Shown here in pieces: positions 37,503-41,666 of a DNA stretch of 41,666 nucleotides. The notes under the pieces were generated by a model, which saw only the letters and a program-made list of their open reading frames with translations, did not search any database and was not told the origin of the DNA. Both the position numbers and the translations under genes were made by a program. Each line of letters begins with the position of its first letter. Positions within the stretch are counted from its first letter, which is position 1. This stretch comes from Bryobacterales bacterium (GTDB lineage: Bacteria; Acidobacteriota; Terriglobia; Bryobacterales; Bryobacteraceae). Location: positions 7,358-49,023 of the forward strand of contig PLFE01000140.1 of the NCBI GenBank assembly GCA_003136675.1. The letters run 5' to 3'.

Positions 37503-38381
37503 ATGGTGATCGGGTTTCTTGCCGGCGCCTGGATCGCATGCTTTGTTTATTGGGGTTTGAATGCGTTCGGGTTGGCGTCGGGAGATTTTGGCACCTCGCT
37601 GCGCGATGCGCAATCGCTGGCGCACCATCGCCCGCCCTACTCAGACAGAATCGGCTTCGATTCGATCTACTACCCTTTAACGGCGGCACTCTTCGCTCTT
37701 CCGTTCGCCGCGCTTCCCGCCAAGCTGGCGGCCGGCCTGTTTGCGGGCATCAGCGCGGGCATTCTCACTTTCGCTGTGATGCGCAATGGATGGAACCGGC
37801 TCCTGATCCTTCTCTCGTGCCCCTTTTGGACGGCTGTAATCACCGTTCAGTGGACGCCATTGCTGATGGCGGCGGCCACGCTGCCCTGGCTGTTTCCGAT
37901 CATCATCGCGAAACCAAATCTGGGTCTTCCTGTCGCACTGCGACGCGCTTCCCAACCCGGCTTTTGGGTGGGCGCCGGAATTGCGATCCTGCTGGCGTTG
38001 GTCTCGGTGGTCTGGGCGCCGGCGTGGCCCGCCATCTGGTGGCATTCCATGGCGGGATTCCAGAGCTTCGTTCCGGTGGCCACCATTGCAGGGTGCCTTC
38101 TGCTGCTCGCGCTGATCCGCTACAAGGATACGGATTCGCGGTTTCTATTGCTGATGGGGTGCATTCCACAGCGCTATTTCTATGACGCGCTGCTGCTCTG
38201 GCTTATTCCCGCCACAACACTGGAACTGCTGGTGACCACCGTCGCGAGCTGGGGCGCGTGGGCGTTCATTCCGCCGACGAAAACAATTCACCAGGTGGCG
38301 CTGCTGTCCGTGATATTCAACTACCTTCCGATGCTCGCAGTGGTGCTTTCGCGCCCCTGGCGAAAAGGGCGGTGGCGCTGA
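37503..38381 (+). CDS. polytopic membrane protein; possibly a GT87/DUF2029-like glycosyltransferase (weak)
   Basis: ~8 hydrophobic helices; divergent from the PilZ gene with a 190-bp intergenic region. Confidence 0.5.
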   Translation: MVIGFLAGAWIACFVYWGLNAFGLASGDFGTSLRDAQSLAHHRPPYSDRIGFDSIYYPLTAALFALPFAALPAKLAAGLFAGISAGILTFAVMRNGWNRLLILLSCPFWTAVITVQWTPLLMAAATLPWLFPIIIAKPNLGLPVALRRASQPGFWVGAGIAILLALVSVVWAPAWPAIWWHSMAGFQSFVPVATIAGCLLLLALIRYKDTDSRFLLLMGCIPQRYFYDALLLWLIPATTLELLVTTVASWGAWAFIPPTKTIHQVALLSVIFNYLPMLAVVLSRPWRKGRWR

Positions 38382-38389
38382 CTCTCCGC

Positions 38390-39364
38390 TTAGGCAAATT
38401 TCCCGGCGAACTCCCGCGTAGTTTTCAGCTCCCGGTCGCCGTTTTCCTTCGAGGGCTCAATCTCACTGCCCTCGTGCCATTCATTCCAACTGGTGATCAA
38501 AATCCAGTCCGGATGCGCTGCGACGGCTTCTTCCCACAACACTCGATAGGTTTCGCCGCCGTACCGTTCCGTGGTCGGCCTCGGCGCGGGTCGCTTCAGC
38601 TTCGTATCGTCGTAGCCCGGAATCACGGTGACGCAGGAGATCCTCTTCCCGGCGGTGGCCACCCACTTCGGGTAGTTCGCCCGCGCCCACGCCCGGATTT
38701 GTTCGATGGTCATGCCGGCCGTTTGCCCGGTGGGGTTATACGCGTGGATTCCGCTAAAAACCTTGGCCGCCGCCTTTGAGATCTCGTCGCCCACAAAGCA
38801 AACCCCGCCCGCATGCCGCTGGTCTACGTGTTTGATCACCTCCGCCCATCCGGTGAGGTGTAACTCGTTCAAGGCCCTCGTGTACACGAAAACCACGGGC
38901 TTGGCGCCCGCCCGCAACCACGCGGGGTGGTTCCCATAGCGCGTCAGGATATCCAGCAAGTCATCCGCGGTCGCTTGCGGATTGGGAGACTGCCGCGGCT
39001 TGGCGGTTTCACAATAAATGGTCACCTTGAGGCCGGCCCGCCCGGCTGCGGCCAGCAGCAACGGCATGCCTTGATCTCCAAAGTCGCCGTGGTTCCAGAA
39101 ACTGACAATCAAGCCCGTGATGCCCGCGGCCTTCATCTCATTGCACTGCTGTTCAACCATCTTCGGGTCGTAACTGTCATAACGCCCCGCCAGGGGTTCA
39201 TGCGCCGTGCCTTCCGGCCAGTGCTCCCACCGCCCGCTCACTTGAGGATCCGCGTACCAGCCGTAGTAGAACGCCAGCACTTGGTGACCGTACGATCTCG
39301 CGAGTGCGGTAGCAGGTAAGAGGGATGCGATGGATAACAGCTCCCGGCGGGTCATCCTATTCAT
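38390..39364 (-). CDS. glycoside hydrolase family 99-like (endo-alpha-1,2-mannosidase/mannanase-like), secreted
   Basis: 'MNRMTRRELLSIASLLPATALA' signal; 'VLAFYYGWYADPQVSGRWEHW' resembles the GH99 N-terminal signature; the 5' part of the 559-aa ORF is antisense to the SPFH gene and was discarded. Confidence 0.65.
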   Translation of the reverse strand: MNRMTRRELLSIASLLPATALARSYGHQVLAFYYGWYADPQVSGRWEHWPEGTAHEPLAGRYDSYDPKMVEQQCNEMKAAGITGLIVSFWNHGDFGDQGMPLLLAAAGRAGLKVTIYCETAKPRQSPNPQATADDLLDILTRYGNHPAWLRAGAKPVVFVYTRALNELHLTGWAEVIKHVDQRHAGGVCFVGDEISKAAAKVFSGIHAYNPTGQTAGMTIEQIRAWARANYPKWVATAGKRISCVTVIPGYDDTKLKRPAPRPTTERYGGETYRVLWEEAVAAHPDWILITSWNEWHEGSEIEPSKENGDRELKTTREFAGKFA

Positions 39365-39418
39365 TATCAACGGCCCGTCGCCGATACAATCGGTTCCATA
39401 TACAATGAGGTACAACAA

Positions 39419-40327
39419 ATGGATTCGCTCTACTGGATTATTTTTGGGATCTTGGCGCTCATCGCCCTCTCGGTGATTCTGTCCAGCTTTTTCACCGTGC
39501 GCACCGCCGAGGTCGCCGTGGTAACGCGCTTTGGCAAGTTCCTCCGGGTTGCCGAGCCCGGCCTGAACTGGAAGACGCCGTTCTTCGACATTGTGGCAGG
39601 CACAGTCAGTCTGCGGGTGAATCAGATCACTCTCACCATGGAGACGAAAACCAGGGACAACGTCTTTGTCACCATCCCCATCTCCGTACAGACGCGCGTT
39701 CGTCCCGAACGGGTTTTTGACGCTTACTACAAGCTGTCCGATCCGGTGTCGCAGATCAAGTCTTATGTCGAGCAGGTGATTCTGGGACATGTGCCGGGCA
39801 TGACGCTGGACGATGTATTCGCCTCGCAGTCCAGCATCGCGCTCGCCGTGAAGCAGGAACTGGACGCCGATATGTCCGCCTTCGGCTACGAGATCGTCAA
39901 TGTCCTCGTCACCGACATTGTTCCCGACGCCAAGGTGAAGTCGGCCATGAACGACATCAATGCGGCGCAGCGGGAACAGGTGGCCGCCAACGCCAGGGGC
40001 GAGGCCGAGAAAATCCTCGTCGTCAAGAAGGCCGAGGCCGAAGCGGAAAGTAAAGCTCTGCAAGGCCAAGGTGTCGCGAACGAGAGGAAAGCGATCGTCG
40101 AAGGCTTACAGGTCTCAATCGAACAGTTTCAGAAAGTCGTGGAAGGGTCGTCCGCGAAAGAAGTCATGCAACTGGTGCTCATCACGCAATATTTCGACAC
40201 CCTGAAGTCCATCGGGGAGAGCGACAAGACAAACACTTTGTTCCTGACGCACTCGCCCGCCGCTGTGAAGGATGTCTCCGATCAGATCCTCGAATCGATG
40301 CTGGTCGCCCAAAGAGCCACCCCGTAG
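39419..40327 (+). CDS. SPFH/band-7 (stomatin/prohibitin-like) membrane protein
   Basis: N-terminal TM helix, then 'VRTAEVAVVTRFGKFLRVAEPGLNWKTPFFD' and a coiled-coil Ala/Glu-rich region. Confidence 0.88.
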   Translation: MDSLYWIIFGILALIALSVILSSFFTVRTAEVAVVTRFGKFLRVAEPGLNWKTPFFDIVAGTVSLRVNQITLTMETKTRDNVFVTIPISVQTRVRPERVFDAYYKLSDPVSQIKSYVEQVILGHVPGMTLDDVFASQSSIALAVKQELDADMSAFGYEIVNVLVTDIVPDAKVKSAMNDINAAQREQVAANARGEAEKILVVKKAEAEAESKALQGQGVANERKAIVEGLQVSIEQFQKVVEGSSAKEVMQLVLITQYFDTLKSIGESDKTNTLFLTHSPAAVKDVSDQILESMLVAQRATP

Positions 40328-40343
40328 GGCGACCGCATCTCCC

Positions 40344-41666
40344 CTAGAACTTCACCATCAGGTCCACATCGAAAAGTATTTCATCCCTCCGCAGATCCGG
40401 ATGCCACACACCGCCGTCGTTTGCGCATGTGGTTGACGTCAACGTAGTTGCTCCGGAAGCTGTGCCATCCATGCAGGCATATTGTGTGGGAGAGTTGTTG
40501 TTGGTTCCGGGAGGCGGCGTGACGCCTCCCGCTCCAGACCAATACGGAACGTTCGCATGGCGGTAGTCGCCTTCAAAGCGGAACGTGATCCACTGCTTGG
40601 GCATATAGTCGAAGGTGGCCGACGTATCCCAGGCCTTGAAGGGATCTCCGGGGTTGAACGTAAAGTAGGGTGAGTTGATGGATGCGGTCGCAGCGGTCTC
40701 GCCGTTGATCGGCGGAATCAGGACAAGATACCGGCCGGGATTATTGATCTGCCCGCCGCCGAGCGTCAACCCAAACATGTCCCGGTGGAACCAGAAGCGA
40801 TTGTAGAGCATGTAGCCGATAAAGCTCTGCTTGGGTCCGCCCTTCGTGTCGCCGTGGCAGCTCACGCCGCCGCCGAACTCACAACCCAGATCGCCCGTAA
40901 AGGTGAGCGCGATCTTGTCGAGGCCATTTCCCGGTTTATCGTAATACTTCAGTTCCACGCTGTTATCGGTATGGATGCGGGCGCGGTGTGGCGTGTAAAG
41001 GTCATCGTGCCCCAGACCGTAGTTATTCGACACGATGTTCAGCCAGGGATAAGGTGTGTACTTAATCTGGCCGCCCAAACCCTTCCTGGAATTCGACGAT
41101 GCATAAGATTGCCATCCATTGACAATCCACGGCTCAATCTTCAAGTGGTGCGTCGGGAAAATCTGAATCCGAACACCTTCAAAAAACCACGGAGTGTTTG
41201 ACGAAACGTAGGAAGGCTGATAGGCCCAGTTATCGAAGTTGTAGTAACTGAACAAACCGACATAGGACATGAAGATGCCCGCATCGATGTTCATTCCTTT
41301 CATCCAGTTGATGTGATAGCCGCCAAACGCTTCCGCGAGATAGCGGTCCGCGTCATTCAGGTTCCATTGGCCCTTCGCATAGCTCGGGTCGTTCCGTATG
41401 GTGGCCTCGGAATACTCGCCGAACTGCGTCATAAATCGCGCGCGAACGTTGTCTAAGTGAAAGTCGCCGCCAATGCCGAGTTGCTCAAGCTGAATTTCGT
41501 TTGACCGGAACAGCTCGCTCGAGCCGCCCATCGAGTTGTCAATCGGCTTATTAAAGTCATAAGTGTAGGTCACGTCGGCGCGAATCTCCGGCGTGAAGAA
41601 CTTTGAATCCCAGGCGGCGTCTTTATTGCGCGGGTTTCCATTTAGCCAGGTCCAGTCGTAGTCCGC
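40344..41666 (-). CDS. outer-membrane beta-barrel protein (porin-like); 5'-partial, continues beyond the window
   Basis: Alternating aromatic/Gly-rich strands, C-terminal '...DVDLMVKF' with terminal Phe; frame open to the window edge. Confidence 0.55.
   Translation of the reverse strand, partial: ADYDWTWLNGNPRNKDAAWDSKFFTPEIRADVTYTYDFNKPIDNSMGGSSELFRSNEIQLEQLGIGGDFHLDNVRARFMTQFGEYSEATIRNDPSYAKGQWNLNDADRYLAEAFGGYHINWMKGMNIDAGIFMSYVGLFSYYNFDNWAYQPSYVSSNTPWFFEGVRIQIFPTHHLKIEPWIVNGWQSYASSNSRKGLGGQIKYTPYPWLNIVSNNYGLGHDDLYTPHRARIHTDNSVELKYYDKPGNGLDKIALTFTGDLGCEFGGGVSCHGDTKGGPKQSFIGYMLYNRFWFHRDMFGLTLGGGQINNPGRYLVLIPPINGETAATASINSPYFTFNPGDPFKAWDTSATFDYMPKQWITFRFEGDYRHANVPYWSGAGGVTPPPGTNNNSPTQYACMDGTASGATTLTSTTCANDGGVWHPDLRRDEILFDVDLMVKF

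Noticed and set aside
39365-40069. N-terminal 235 aa of the 559-aa minus-strand ORF (38390..40069)
   Set aside because: This part is antisense to the clearly genuine SPFH/band-7 gene (39419..40327) and has no homology-like content. The GH99-like homology and a signal peptide begin at the internal Met (39364).
1-41666. CRISPR arrays, rRNA/tRNA genes, transposases, integrases, phage genes
   Set aside because: I found no regularly spaced direct repeats, no rRNA- or tRNA-like structures in the few intergenic regions over 100 bp (24370-24460, 25602-25765, 28639-28859, 37311-37502), and no mobile-element protein signatures in any frame.

Overview
The window is a 41.7 kb high-GC chromosomal stretch. 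The gene content (DUF1592/DUF1552 pair, many VWA/FG-GAP/secreted hypotheticals, fused TrpE(G)) suggests an Acidobacteriota-like genome; that is inference only. It is densely coding on both strands and mostly housekeeping: LLM flavin oxidoreductase, dedA-pyrF-selD operon, priA, fused anthranilate synthase trpE(G), uvrA, mtnA plus an aminotransferase, msrB, rluD-like, recQ, hslR, an SPFH protein. It also holds one intact vapBC toxin-antitoxin pair, a second vapBC that has decayed, and a decayed nucleotidyltransferase-type cassette. Several regions have no known function. The clearest is a four-gene, translationally coupled envelope module (esterase, DUF4174, lipoprotein, ~710-aa secreted protein). 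It sits divergent to a signal-peptide-bearing, extremely Gly/Tyr-rich low-complexity protein whose promoter carries a tandem 12-bp direct repeat. Others are a GCS2 carboxylate-amine ligase fused to tandem CBS domains abutting methionine-salvage genes, a di-haem (two CxxCH) DUF1592 protein paired with a Tat-secreted DUF1552 protein, and a PilZ/membrane-protein/GH99 neighbourhood. I found no rRNA, tRNA, CRISPR array or transposase. Every family assignment comes from reading motifs in the translated ORFs by eye; no database search was possible.
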